A stretch of 50,391 nt of DNA. Origin: Geothrix sp. (GTDB taxonomy: Bacteria; Acidobacteriota; Holophagae; Holophagales; Holophagaceae). The notes under the pieces were generated by a model, which saw nothing but the letters and a program-made list of their open reading frames with translations, did not search any database and was not told where the DNA came from. This document shows, in pieces, positions 10,110 through 18,912 of the stretch (position 1 is the first letter of the stretch; every line of letters starts with the position of its first letter). A program made the position numbers and the translations under genes. Location of the stretch: assembly GCA_036504935.1 (NCBI GenBank), contig DASXUH010000038.1:1-50391 (forward strand). The letters run 5' to 3'.

Positions 10110-12368
10110 CTACTGCCAGAGACTGAAGTCCGCCACGCGCAGGAAGGCCAGACGGAGGCGGTGGAGCAGGCTGAGGCGGGCGGCGCGGAGGGCCGGGTCC
10201 TCGCACTTCACCATGACTGAATTAAAGAAGGATTCGAGCGGTTCAGCGAGCATTGCAAGGTGCACTGCACCTGAAAAATAGGGGTTCTCCCAGGCCGAGC
10301 CAGGAACAACCGCCAGAGTCAGAGAGAGCGGAGACCTAACCTCTCCGGTCTTTTGAAGGTGCTCGAAATTTTTCTGACCTGCAAAGGTCTCTTCTGCCGC
10401 TTGAAGCAGACCAGCAAGGGCAATTTCGGACTGGTCGACCAACACATTTCGCTCAAAATCTTCAGAAGGGTTCTCATCCTTTAGGATATTTCCAATCCGT
10501 TTTGCATTGGCTGCCAGCAATTCCAGTCGCGGATCATTCTGATTCAAGAGCTCTTGAAGAGCCTCACATCGCCCGCGTAGATCAACGAGGTCGATCCATC
10601 CAGCCGCCATCGTACTTCGCCGCACGGAACCGGCGTAGCCGGCCTGTTCCAACTGGTAGGCCACGCGGTCCTTGAAGAAGGCCAGGAGGGCCTCGGCGGT
10701 TTCGGCCCCAGGTTTGGTGGCCTTCGTCCCCACAGCACGGAGGGCGGCGGCGATGAGGTCGGCGGGCGTGAAGGCCCAGCCACGCTCCCACAGGATGCGG
10801 ACGATGCCCTGGCCGGCCCGGCGCAGGGCCAGGGGGTCCTTAGAGCCGCTGGGGATGAGCCCCACGGCGAAGCAGCCCGCCACGGTGTCCAGCTTGTCGC
10901 AGAGGGACAGCAGGCAGCCCATGGGCGTAGAGGGGATGGCATCGTCGGCGCCGACGGGCCGGTAGTGCTCCTTGACGGCTTTCCAGACTTCCTCATGCGC
11001 GCCCTCGTGCTTGAGGTATTCGCCGCCCATGACCCCCTGCAGCTCGGGGAACTCACCCACCATCAGCGTGCGCAGGTCGCACTTGGCCATGCGGGCCGCT
11101 TCCAGGGCCCGGTCGATGTGCTCGTCATCCGTGGAGAGCTTCGAGGCCAGGGCCTTGGTAAGAGCCACCACCCGCCCCGTCTTGTCGTAGTAGCTCCCCA
11201 GCTCTCTCTGAAATGTGAGCGCTTTCAGCTTTTCCAACCGGGCCGAAAGCGGCAGCTTTCGGTCCTCCGCGAAGAAGAACCGGGCATCGTAGAGCCGCGC
11301 CTTCAGCACCCACTCGTTGCCGGCCTTCACGAAGCCGGCGGGGTCATCCGTGCGGTTGGCGGCGGTGAGGAAACAGGGCAGCAGCGCGCCGTCCGGGCCC
11401 TCGATGCAGAAGCTCTTCTGGTGCTCACGCAGGGAGGTGACCAGCACCTCCTTGGGCAGCTCCAGGAAATCCGCCGGGAACTCGCCGCGCACGATCTTGG
11501 GGAATTCCACGATTTCAGCGAGGGTGTCCAGGAGCTCCGCGTCAGCCACCACGCGGCCCTTCACCTCGGCGGCGAGCGCCTCCAACTGCTGGGCGATGCG
11601 CGTCCGGCGGGCCTCCACGCTGACCACGACACCGGCGGTCTCCAGCGCTGACTCATAGGCTTCGGGCGTGGCGATCACCACCGGAGCGGGATGTTCGCGG
11701 TGGTAGAGCCGGTGGCCCCAGGTGGTGTTCGTGGCCGTCACGCCGTCCACGGCGATGGGCACGACCTGCTCGCCGAAGAGGCACAGGATGTTGCGGATGG
11801 GACGCACGAACTCGAACTCCGAGTTCCCCCAGCGCATGGCCTTGGGCACGTGCAGCCCTGCGATGAGCCCCGGCAGCGCCTCGGCCAGGAGGTCCACCGT
11901 GGGGCGGCCCTGCTTCGTGATCGTCACCACCGCGCAAGGTTCTTTCTTCCCGGCGGGTTGTTCGAAGCGCACGGCGCTGAACTCCACGCCCCACTTCTCC
12001 GCGAACTTCAGCCCTTGGATGGTGGGCTTGCCGTCCTCGCCTACGCACATGCGCTGGGGCGGGCCGACCTGGGTTTCGGTCTGGTCCGGTTGCGAGGCGG
12101 GCAACTTTGAATAAGCCCACATGAGCTTCCTTGGCGAGTAATGAGCCAAACCAGATACAGCATTCCCTTGGTTGTCGCGGTACGAAGAGTAATGCGATTC
12201 CAGATCAGCAACCGTCTCCAAACCGATCAATGAGCAGGTCCAACCTAAATTTTGTTGAATAACAAAAGCTTCAAATTGGCGATGAAAGTCTTCAGCCAAC
12301 GGTTTAAGAAACCGCGCCGGGATCTCCTCGCAGTGCAGTTCCAGCAGGAAGGTCCTAGTCGCGCTCAC
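10110..12368 (-). CDS. glyS: Glycine--tRNA ligase beta subunit
   Basis: [43 protein letters not shown]; directly follows glyQ. Confidence 0.96.
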   Translation of the reverse strand: MSATRTFLLELHCEEIPARFLKPLAEDFHRQFEAFVIQQNLGWTCSLIGLETVADLESHYSSYRDNQGNAVSGLAHYSPRKLMWAYSKLPASQPDQTETQVGPPQRMCVGEDGKPTIQGLKFAEKWGVEFSAVRFEQPAGKKEPCAVVTITKQGRPTVDLLAEALPGLIAGLHVPKAMRWGNSEFEFVRPIRNILCLFGEQVVPIAVDGVTATNTTWGHRLYHREHPAPVVIATPEAYESALETAGVVVSVEARRTRIAQQLEALAAEVKGRVVADAELLDTLAEIVEFPKIVRGEFPADFLELPKEVLVTSLREHQKSFCIEGPDGALLPCFLTAANRTDDPAGFVKAGNEWVLKARLYDARFFFAEDRKLPLSARLEKLKALTFQRELGSYYDKTGRVVALTKALASKLSTDDEHIDRALEAARMAKCDLRTLMVGEFPELQGVMGGEYLKHEGAHEEVWKAVKEHYRPVGADDAIPSTPMGCLLSLCDKLDTVAGCFAVGLIPSGSKDPLALRRAGQGIVRILWERGWAFTPADLIAAALRAVGTKATKPGAETAEALLAFFKDRVAYQLEQAGYAGSVRRSTMAAGWIDLVDLRGRCEALQELLNQNDPRLELLAANAKRIGNILKDENPSEDFERNVLVDQSEIALAGLLQAAEETFAGQKNFEHLQKTGEVRSPLSLTLAVVPGSAWENPYFSGAVHLAMLAEPLESFFNSVMVKCEDPALRAARLSLLHRLRLAFLRVADFSLWQ

Positions 12369-13279
12369 TTCGCACCCACCTTCCCGTTGCCCTCGGCAGG
12401 CACGGCCGTGCCCTCCTGATGCTCCAGGTAGGCCCGGGCGCAGGCGCAGGCCAGGTCACGCACGCGCTTGATGATCCCGGGGCGCTCGGTGGTGCTCACG
12501 GCGCCGCGGGCGTCCAGCACGTTGAAGGTGTGGCTCATCTTGAGGGCCTGCTCGTAGGCGCTGAGGAAGTGGCCGTGGTCTTTCAGCAGGCGCCAGCCCT
12601 CCTTCTCGAAGGCATCGAAGAGGGTGCGGTGGAGGTCGATGTCCGCGTGCTCGAAGCTGTAGGCGGAGAGCTCGAACTCCTCGCGCTGGCGCATCTGGCC
12701 GTAGGTGACCGGGAAGACGCCATCGTCCGTCTTCACCTCGCCGTGCACCAGGTCGAAGATGTTGTCGTAACCGCCCAGGAACATGCAGATGCGCTCGATG
12801 CCGTAGGTCAGCTCGGCGCTCACGGGCCGGCAGTCCAGGCCGCCCACCTGCTGGAAGTAGGTGAACTGGCTGATCTCCATACCGTCCAGCACCACCTGCC
12901 AGCCCACGCCCCAGGCGCCCAGGGACGGGGATTCCCAGTTGTCCTCCTCGAAGCGCAGGTCGTGCTTGGAGAGGTCGATGCCCAGGGCCTCCAGGCTTTC
13001 GATGTAGAGGTCCTGCACCTTGGCGGGGCTGGGCTTGAGGATCACCTGGAACTGGAGGTGCTTGTAGACGCGGAAGGGATTCTCGCCGTAGCGGCCGTCC
13101 GCTGGGCGCCGCGAGGGTTCCACGTAGGCCACGTTCCAGGGCTTGCTCCCCAGGGCGCCGAAGAAGGTCAGCGGGTTCATGGTGCCCGCGCCCTTTTCCA
13201 GATCGTAGGGCTGGCCGATGAGGCAGCCCCGGTCGGCCCAGAACCGCTGCAGGCGGAGGATCAGTTCCTGGATATGCAT
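12365..13279 (-). CDS. glyQ: Glycine--tRNA ligase alpha subunit
   Basis: [47 protein letters not shown]. Confidence 0.98.
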   Translation of the reverse strand: MHIQELILRLQRFWADRGCLIGQPYDLEKGAGTMNPLTFFGALGSKPWNVAYVEPSRRPADGRYGENPFRVYKHLQFQVILKPSPAKVQDLYIESLEALGIDLSKHDLRFEEDNWESPSLGAWGVGWQVVLDGMEISQFTYFQQVGGLDCRPVSAELTYGIERICMFLGGYDNIFDLVHGEVKTDDGVFPVTYGQMRQREEFELSAYSFEHADIDLHRTLFDAFEKEGWRLLKDHGHFLSAYEQALKMSHTFNVLDARGAVSTTERPGIIKRVRDLACACARAYLEHQEGTAVPAEGNGKVGAK

Positions 13280-13337
13280 GGAGGCTCGCCAAAACGAGCA
13301 TTGTAGCGGGTTTTCGCCCTTCCGGTAAGCTCGGAGG

Positions 13338-13871
13338 ATGCCCATCCGCGCTGCCCTTCCCGCCGATGCCCAGGATCTGGCGATCCTGGGCGAGCGCCTC
13401 TGGCGCGAGACCTACACGGGGCTCATCCCCGCTTCGAATTTGGAGCTGCATTTGGCGGAGACCTTCGGCTTGAGCCAGCAGGCCGCGGAGTTGGCCGATC
13501 CGGCCTGCTGCACCCTGGTGCTCGAACACGACGGCGCCCTTCTGGGCTATGCCCTGCTCCGGGCCGGTTATCCCGAGCATGAAAACCCGGCTTTCCACTT
13601 CGTCAAACCGCTTGAAGTGGCCCGGTTCTATGTGGATGCCTCGCTGCACGGACAAGGTGCCGCCCAGAAGTTGATGGCAGCCGTCCTGGAGCATGCCGCC
13701 ACAGCAGGCCACGACGGCGTCTGGCTCCAAGTCTGGGAGCAGAACCCCCGCGCCATCCGGTTCTACGCCAAGGCCGGTTTCGCCGATGCCGGGGAGGCCA
13801 CCTTCCGCGTGGGCGAACAGGTGGATCGGGACCGGCTGCTCGTGCACGGCTTGATGGTTCGTCCACTGTGA
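13338..13871 (+). CDS. GNAT family N-acetyltransferase (PaiA-like)
   Basis: RFYV..HGQGAA acetyl-CoA motif; [20 protein letters not shown]. Confidence 0.9.
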   Translation: MPIRAALPADAQDLAILGERLWRETYTGLIPASNLELHLAETFGLSQQAAELADPACCTLVLEHDGALLGYALLRAGYPEHENPAFHFVKPLEVARFYVDASLHGQGAAQKLMAAVLEHAATAGHDGVWLQVWEQNPRAIRFYAKAGFADAGEATFRVGEQVDRDRLLVHGLMVRPL

Positions 13872-13921
13872 TGGCCGTCGGCTCAACACCTTGCTAGAAT
13901 CCCCGTTTCCCGGGGCACTGC

Positions 13922-14026
13922 ATGACCCGAAAGATCGCACTCCTGGCCATTGGTGGAAACGCGCTTCTCTCGGTATCCGCTGAGCGGATACGCGAGACGC
14001 CCAATCACGCTCGGAGCCCGCGATGA
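13922..14026 (+). other. 34-codon ORF duplicating the ArcC N-terminus, with internal hairpin
   Basis: Hand translation MTRKIALLAIGGNALLSVSAERIRETPNHARSPR*; TGA overlaps arcC ATG; hairpin 13968-13997; extended -10-like TGCTAGAAT upstream. Translation is not demonstrated. Confidence 0.75.
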
Positions 14027-14973
14027 ACCAGCGGCGGATCGCGCTATTGGCCATCGGGGGGAATGCCCTTCTGAAAGAGAAGGAGCGCGGGCTCCAGGAG
14101 GAGCAGCTGGAGAACGCCCGGGAGACGGCGGAGATGCTGGCGCGGGTGGTGGCCGAGGGCTACGCGCTCTGCGTGGTGCATGGCAACGGCCCCCAGGTGG
14201 GTAACCTGCTCATCCAGCAGGAGGCCGGGTCGGGCCAGATTCCGCCCTACAGTCTGGACATCTGCGGCGCCATGACCCAGGGCTCCATGGGCTACATGCT
14301 GGAGCGCATGCTCATCAACCGGCTGCGCTTCATGAAGCTCGACGCGCCCGTGACTTCCGTGCTCACCGAAGTGGTGGTGGACAAGGAGGACAAAGGTTTC
14401 CAGGATCCGACGAAACCCGTGGGCCCCTTCTACCCCGAGTTCCGCGCCCTGGAGCTGATGCGGTCCAAGCGCTGGAAGATGAAGGAGGATTCTGGCCGCG
14501 GCTGGCGCAAGGTGGTGCCCTCGCCCCGACCCATCGAGATCGTCCAGCTGGACGCCATCAAGATCCTGCTCCAGTCCGGCAGCTCCGTCATCGCCGGCGG
14601 TGGCGGCGGCATTCCCGTGATCCGCGATGCCAGCGGATTCCTGGTGGGCGTGGAGGCCGTCATCGACAAGGATCGCCTCAGCGCCCTGCTGGCGGCCCAG
14701 CTTGACGCGGACCTCTTCATCATCCTCACGGGCGTGGCCAAGGTGGCGCTGGACTTCGGCAAGCCCACTCAGCGCTGGATGGACCGGATCACGGCGAGTG
14801 AAGCCCGGAAGCACCTGGCCGACGGCCAATTCCCGCCGGGCAGCATGGGTCCTAAGATCGAGAGCGCCCTGGCCTATCTGGAGGGGGGCGGCCACGAAGT
14901 GCTCATCACCACCGCCGAGGCCCTGGCCACGGAGGACCCTGCCACCGTGGGCACCCGCATCGTGCGAGACTGA
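14023..14973 (+). CDS. arcC: Carbamate kinase
   Basis: AIGGNAL, HGNGPQVG, PTKPVG, VPSPRP, GGGGIP, EAVIDKD, GSMGPK. Confidence 0.96.
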   Translation: MNQRRIALLAIGGNALLKEKERGLQEEQLENARETAEMLARVVAEGYALCVVHGNGPQVGNLLIQQEAGSGQIPPYSLDICGAMTQGSMGYMLERMLINRLRFMKLDAPVTSVLTEVVVDKEDKGFQDPTKPVGPFYPEFRALELMRSKRWKMKEDSGRGWRKVVPSPRPIEIVQLDAIKILLQSGSSVIAGGGGGIPVIRDASGFLVGVEAVIDKDRLSALLAAQLDADLFIILTGVAKVALDFGKPTQRWMDRITASEARKHLADGQFPPGSMGPKIESALAYLEGGGHEVLITTAEALATEDPATVGTRIVRD

Positions 14974-14996
14974 GGATTCTCCGGAGGAAGCTCCCG

Positions 14997-15290
14997 ATGT
15001 ACGCCCTCATCCTCGTCCGCTACCGCCGCCCCCTGTCCGAAGTCGAGACGGTCACTGAAGCCCACCGGGCCTACCTCGGCACGCTGAAGGCGCAGGGCGT
15101 CCTCCTGGCCTCGGGCCCCCTGGATCCCCGTTTCGGAGGCGCCTGGCTGGTGCGGGTGCAGGACGAAAACCCCCTGGCGGATCTGGACACCCTCCGCGAT
15201 GGCGACCCCTTCTACAAGGCGGGCCTCGCCAACTATGAACTCCTGCCCTGGAACGTGATGGCGGGGAAGGATGGGTTCGACCAGATGTGA
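14997..15290 (+). CDS. YciI family protein
   Basis: HRAYL, LLASGP, DPF motifs; 97 aa; GGAGG RBS. Confidence 0.85.
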   Translation: MYALILVRYRRPLSEVETVTEAHRAYLGTLKAQGVLLASGPLDPRFGGAWLVRVQDENPLADLDTLRDGDPFYKAGLANYELLPWNVMAGKDGFDQM

Positions 15291-15355
15291 TCCCCGCCTC
15301 CGGCCAATGACCAGGGGCGGGGACCAGACACCGCAGGAACGGCCGCCGACCGGCC

Positions 15356-15910
15356 TCAGTGGCTCATCTTGATGTCCACGGGGTTCTTGAAGGTGTCGTA
15401 GAGGGGCGAGGTGCGGATCACCTTCTCGTGGAGTTCCTGGATCTGCGCCGGGGTGCCGCTGCAGGCGAGGTTCACCTTCACGCGGATCTGGGAGAGTCCG
15501 GGCCGGATCTTCTTGTCCAATTCCAGGAAGCCCTGGAGATCGGAATCCGTCTCCATGTCGAAGCTCAGGCTGCTGATGTCCAAGCCCATGGCTGTGGCGT
15601 TGTAGGCATAGGTCACGCTCAGGCAGGCGCTGAGGGCGTGCAGCGCCGCCTCTCCCGCATTGGGGGCCAGGTCGGTGCCCAGCAGAGCCTCGGGCTCGTC
15701 GGCCTCGAGGAACATTGGGGTGCTCCGCTTGTGTTCCATCCCCGCCCCGTACAGCGAATCGAAGGTGCTCTGGGAATGGGCCCCGTTGATCCACTTGGCC
15801 TTGGACCGGAAGGTGAACTTGGCGAGGGCCGGGGTGGCCTTCACCGCCGAGATGGTGGTGTTGAGGGCATCCACATTCACGCCGTTGCGGATGGTTGCGA
15901 TGCTGCCCAT
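15356..15910 (-). CDS. OsmC family protein
   Basis: NGVNV, ADEPEALLGTD.APN, LSAC, TSPLYD; AGGAGG RBS before ATG 15910. Confidence 0.85.
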   Translation of the reverse strand: MGSIATIRNGVNVDALNTTISAVKATPALAKFTFRSKAKWINGAHSQSTFDSLYGAGMEHKRSTPMFLEADEPEALLGTDLAPNAGEAALHALSACLSVTYAYNATAMGLDISSLSFDMETDSDLQGFLELDKKIRPGLSQIRVKVNLACSGTPAQIQELHEKVIRTSPLYDTFKNPVDIKMSH

Positions 15911-16175
15911 GGATCCTCCTCGTGGATTGGGCGCGGTCCCAGACGAAGGCCCAGCCTCCTTCGGGAAGCGCATGTAGAACACCCACAAGAGTCCCGCGTG
16001 CCACGGGGCCCTCTGGAAATAGACCCCCAGCATGGGCCGGGCTGAGTTTGAAACAAGGTCGCAAAAATCGAACCAGCCAGTTCTGATGGGCCCCTTGGCT
16101 GGTCCAGCTACTTCGGGTTTGATGCGGCCCCCGTGGCGTCCAGGGATGGCCAGGACGAGCAGGAAACCGGGGCGG

Positions 16176-16805
16176 TCATTGTGCCGCTACGAAACCATCC
16201 GCGTAGTCGATCACCGTCACCATGCGGTAGTCCCGGTGCGGCGCGGAGCCGGCCCCGGCCTGGTGCAGCCCTGGGTTGAAGAGGTTCCTCCGATGCCCGC
16301 GGCCGGCCACGCCATCGTCGATCAGCAGCTGGATCACCACCTGCCGGGCCTCCTCCTCGCCGGTGCTGATGTTCTCCGCGATGAGCCCCTGCCACCGGCC
16401 CAGCCGGTTGAGGCGGCCCGAAAGGTGGCTGCCGTCCGAGCCGACGTGTTCCAGCGAACCGCGAGGCCCCAGGTCCTGGGCGTGCAGGCGGGCCGCCCGG
16501 GCCAGCCCTTCATGGAAGCGCAGCGGACCCACCGGCTGGGTGGACTCCAGGAAGGCGATGGCTTCGTCCAGCGCCGCCACGCCTTCGTCCGTGCGCAGCG
16601 GCACACGGCCGGGCCGGCTCCAGAGCGTGCCCTCGAAGCACGGCCGCAGCTCCCGCAGGTGCTTCGCATAGGCCTTGGGCTGCACCCGCGCGTCGCTCAT
16701 CTCCTGGATCACGGCCCGCTCGAAGGCAGTGGCTCTCCCTGGCTCCGCTGGAACCGCCTGAGCCGGAAACAGCAGCATGGCGAGCGGGAACACAGCAAGC
16801 CTCAT
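16176..16805 (-). CDS. Secreted CAP (SCP) domain protein
   Basis: Signal peptide; H.GSDGS, AENI, LIDDGV..RGHRRNL motifs. Confidence 0.88.
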   Translation of the reverse strand: MRLAVFPLAMLLFPAQAVPAEPGRATAFERAVIQEMSDARVQPKAYAKHLRELRPCFEGTLWSRPGRVPLRTDEGVAALDEAIAFLESTQPVGPLRFHEGLARAARLHAQDLGPRGSLEHVGSDGSHLSGRLNRLGRWQGLIAENISTGEEEARQVVIQLLIDDGVAGRGHRRNLFNPGLHQAGAGSAPHRDYRMVTVIDYADGFVAAQ

Positions 16806-16855
16806 GGACACCTCGGGCAGAGCCTCAAGGATAGGTGAGGTTTACCGTCTGCGCT

Positions 16856-17155
16856 TCAGATGGCCGGTTCGTCGCTCTGGGTGGGAACCAGTCGGGCAGC
16901 GCCGGTCCGGACCCAAGGCAGCCATGGATGGATCTGGCAGGCCAGGCAGAACCCGAAGAAGGCTTCGAGCCCCGCGCAGGCGCCCAGGACGAGGGCCAGT
17001 CCGAGCCCCAGGGACCGCATCCCGGCCACCAGGGCCAGCCAGATCCCCAGGGAGAACAGGAAGCCCACCGACGCCGCGAAACGCTTGGGGCCGGCATTGA
17101 TCGTTCGCACAGGAAGACCCGTCAGAGGGCGAAGGAACCCGGCCATGCGGGCCAC
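16856..17155 (-). pseudogene. N-terminally truncated DUF4395-like membrane protein
   Basis: PKRFAA and LEAFFGFCLAC motifs of the C-terminal half; in-frame TGA just upstream and only 37 bp to the cysK stop. Confidence 0.6.
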
Positions 17156-17192
17156 CGGTCACAAGGCTGAACAACCTCGTTGGCAACGACAC

Positions 17193-18158
17193 CTAGATCG
17201 CCGGGCCATCGATCTCGGCGAAGAGCGGGTGCGTGAGGTAGCGCTCGCCGGTGTCGCAGAGCACGGCCACCACGGTCTTGCCCTCGCCCAGTTCCTTGGC
17301 CACTTCCAGGGCTGCGAAGACGATGGCACCGGTGCTGATGCCCGTGAGCAGGCCCTCCTCGCGGGCCAGGCGGCGGGCGATGGCGATGGCGTCGTCATAA
17401 CCCACGGTGCGGATCCGCTGGAAGGCTTGGCGGTTCAGGATTCCCGGCACGAAGTTCGGCCCCAGCCCCTGGAGCTTGTGCGGCCCGGCCTTGCCGGTGC
17501 TCAGAAGGGGCGAGGTCTCTGGTTCCACGGCCACCACGAGGGTGCCGGGCTTCTTCTCGGCTAGCACCTCGCCCACGCCGGTCACGGTGCCACCGGTGCC
17601 CACGCCAGAGATGAAGGCATCCAGTTCGGGCACCTGCTCCAGCAGCTCCAGGGCCGTGGTGCGGCGGTGGACCTCGGGATTGGCGGGGTTGTCGAACTGG
17701 CGCACGAGGAAGTAGGAGGGATCCGCGTCCGCCAGTTCCTGGGCCTTGTCCACCGCGGCCTTCATGCCGCCGGAACCCGGCGTCAGCACCAGCTCCGCGC
17801 CATAGGCCTTCAGCAGGGCGCGGCGCTCCTGCGTCATGGTGTCGGGCATCACGAGCGTGATCTTGTAGCCCTTGGCGGCCGCCACGAACGCGAGGCCGAT
17901 GCCCGTGTTGCCGCTGGTGGCTTCCAGCAGCGTCATGCCGGACTTCAGCACCCCGCGGGCCTCGGCGTCCTGGATCATGCTCAGGGCGATGCGGTCCTTC
18001 ACGCTGCCGCCGGGGTTGGCGCTTTCCAGCTTCACGTAGACCTTCGCCGAACCCTTGGGCACCAGGCGATTCAGGCGGACGACGGGGGTGTACCCCACCA
18101 GGTCGTAGGCGTGCTCGACGCGGTTGGGACGCTCGGTGGGGCGGGTCGGCTGGCTCAT
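17193..18158 (-). CDS. cysK: Cysteine synthase A (O-acetylserine sulfhydrylase)
   Basis: NPGGSVKDR (PLP Lys), TSGNTG, QFDNPAN, GTGGT, PHKLQG, DTGERY. Confidence 0.96.
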   Translation of the reverse strand: MSQPTRPTERPNRVEHAYDLVGYTPVVRLNRLVPKGSAKVYVKLESANPGGSVKDRIALSMIQDAEARGVLKSGMTLLEATSGNTGIGLAFVAAAKGYKITLVMPDTMTQERRALLKAYGAELVLTPGSGGMKAAVDKAQELADADPSYFLVRQFDNPANPEVHRRTTALELLEQVPELDAFISGVGTGGTVTGVGEVLAEKKPGTLVVAVEPETSPLLSTGKAGPHKLQGLGPNFVPGILNRQAFQRIRTVGYDDAIAIARRLAREEGLLTGISTGAIVFAALEVAKELGEGKTVVAVLCDTGERYLTHPLFAEIDGPAI

Positions 18159-18199
18159 GGCAGGGGCTCCTTAGGCTTCGGGCGCGGCCCGGAACTTGA

Positions 18200-18227
18200 A
18201 GTATGGAAAGGAAAATTCTATTGTCAA
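18200..18227 (-). promoter_or_regulatory. Putative sigma70 promoter of cysK in AT-rich divergent control region
   Basis: Minus strand TTGACA-16 nt-CATACT; a second TTGACA 9 nt upstream. Confidence 0.55.
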
Positions 18228-18279
18228 GTTTGTCAATTGATTTGGTTATATATTCGATTAAACTGGCCGGGGAGGTTTC

Positions 18280-18711
18280 ATGTTGAAGGGGTCAGCCAAG
18301 GGGCGTTACGGGTTGCTGCTCATGGTGGAGCTGGCCCTTCAGGCGGGGCGTGGCCCCGTGTTGGTGGCGGACATCGCCGAACGGCAGGCCCTTCCCATCA
18401 AGTTCCTCCGCGTACTGCTGGGCAACCTCAAGGCCGCCGGCCTGGTCAAGGTGCAGCGTGGCCCCAGCGGCGGCTGCGAACTGACGCGGCATCCCAGCCA
18501 CATCACGGCCCTGGACGTGCTGGAGGCCCTTGAAGGGCGCTTTTCCGCCGGCAGCCTGCCCACCGATGCGACCCATGGGGCCCGCGCCATCCGCGAGCTC
18601 TGGTCCCGCAGCACCGAAGCCACCCGAGCCGTTCTCCGCGGCACCACCCTCGCCGACCTCGCCGACCGGCATCAGGCGCTGGAGGTGGACAGCCAGGGGT
18701 ACTCAATCTGA
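18280..18711 (+). CDS. Rrf2 family regulator, CymR-like
   Basis: Rrf2 wHTH (KGRYGL..IAERQ..LVKVQRGPSGG); lacks IscR Cys triad; divergent from cysK; ends GYSI. Confidence 0.88.
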   Translation: MLKGSAKGRYGLLLMVELALQAGRGPVLVADIAERQALPIKFLRVLLGNLKAAGLVKVQRGPSGGCELTRHPSHITALDVLEALEGRFSAGSLPTDATHGARAIRELWSRSTEATRAVLRGTTLADLADRHQALEVDSQGYSI

Positions 18712-18912
18712 TTCCTGCTGCAAACAGACCTAGCGCGCCGTACCGCCGGGACTGCCCCCGGAAGGTCGACAAACCAGGGGCCTGCGGAGGACATACCTGA
18801 ACAGCGGGTCCAATGAAATGCGCCCGCCTGATGACAAATCAGCCGGGCGCATTCTCTTTCAACCACCGCGGGGCCACCCGCCGGACAGCCTCCAGCAACG
18901 GGGAGACCGGCC

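Noticed and set aside
13338-13871. GNAT beside glyQS as a tRNA-acetylating toxin
   Set aside because: Motifs look PaiA-like and there is no adjacent antitoxin gene
15975-16005. TGGCACG on the minus strand upstream of the OsmC gene as a sigma54 promoter
   Set aside because: No GC at the required -12 spacing
17159-17161. In-frame TGA before the DUF4395 fragment as selenocysteine
   Set aside because: The upstream frame has no start codon or DUF4395 similarity before running into cysK; truncation is simpler
18745-18775. GGGACTGCCCCCG resembling part of a cobalamin riboswitch
   Set aside because: Other conserved elements are absent and it lies between convergent genes
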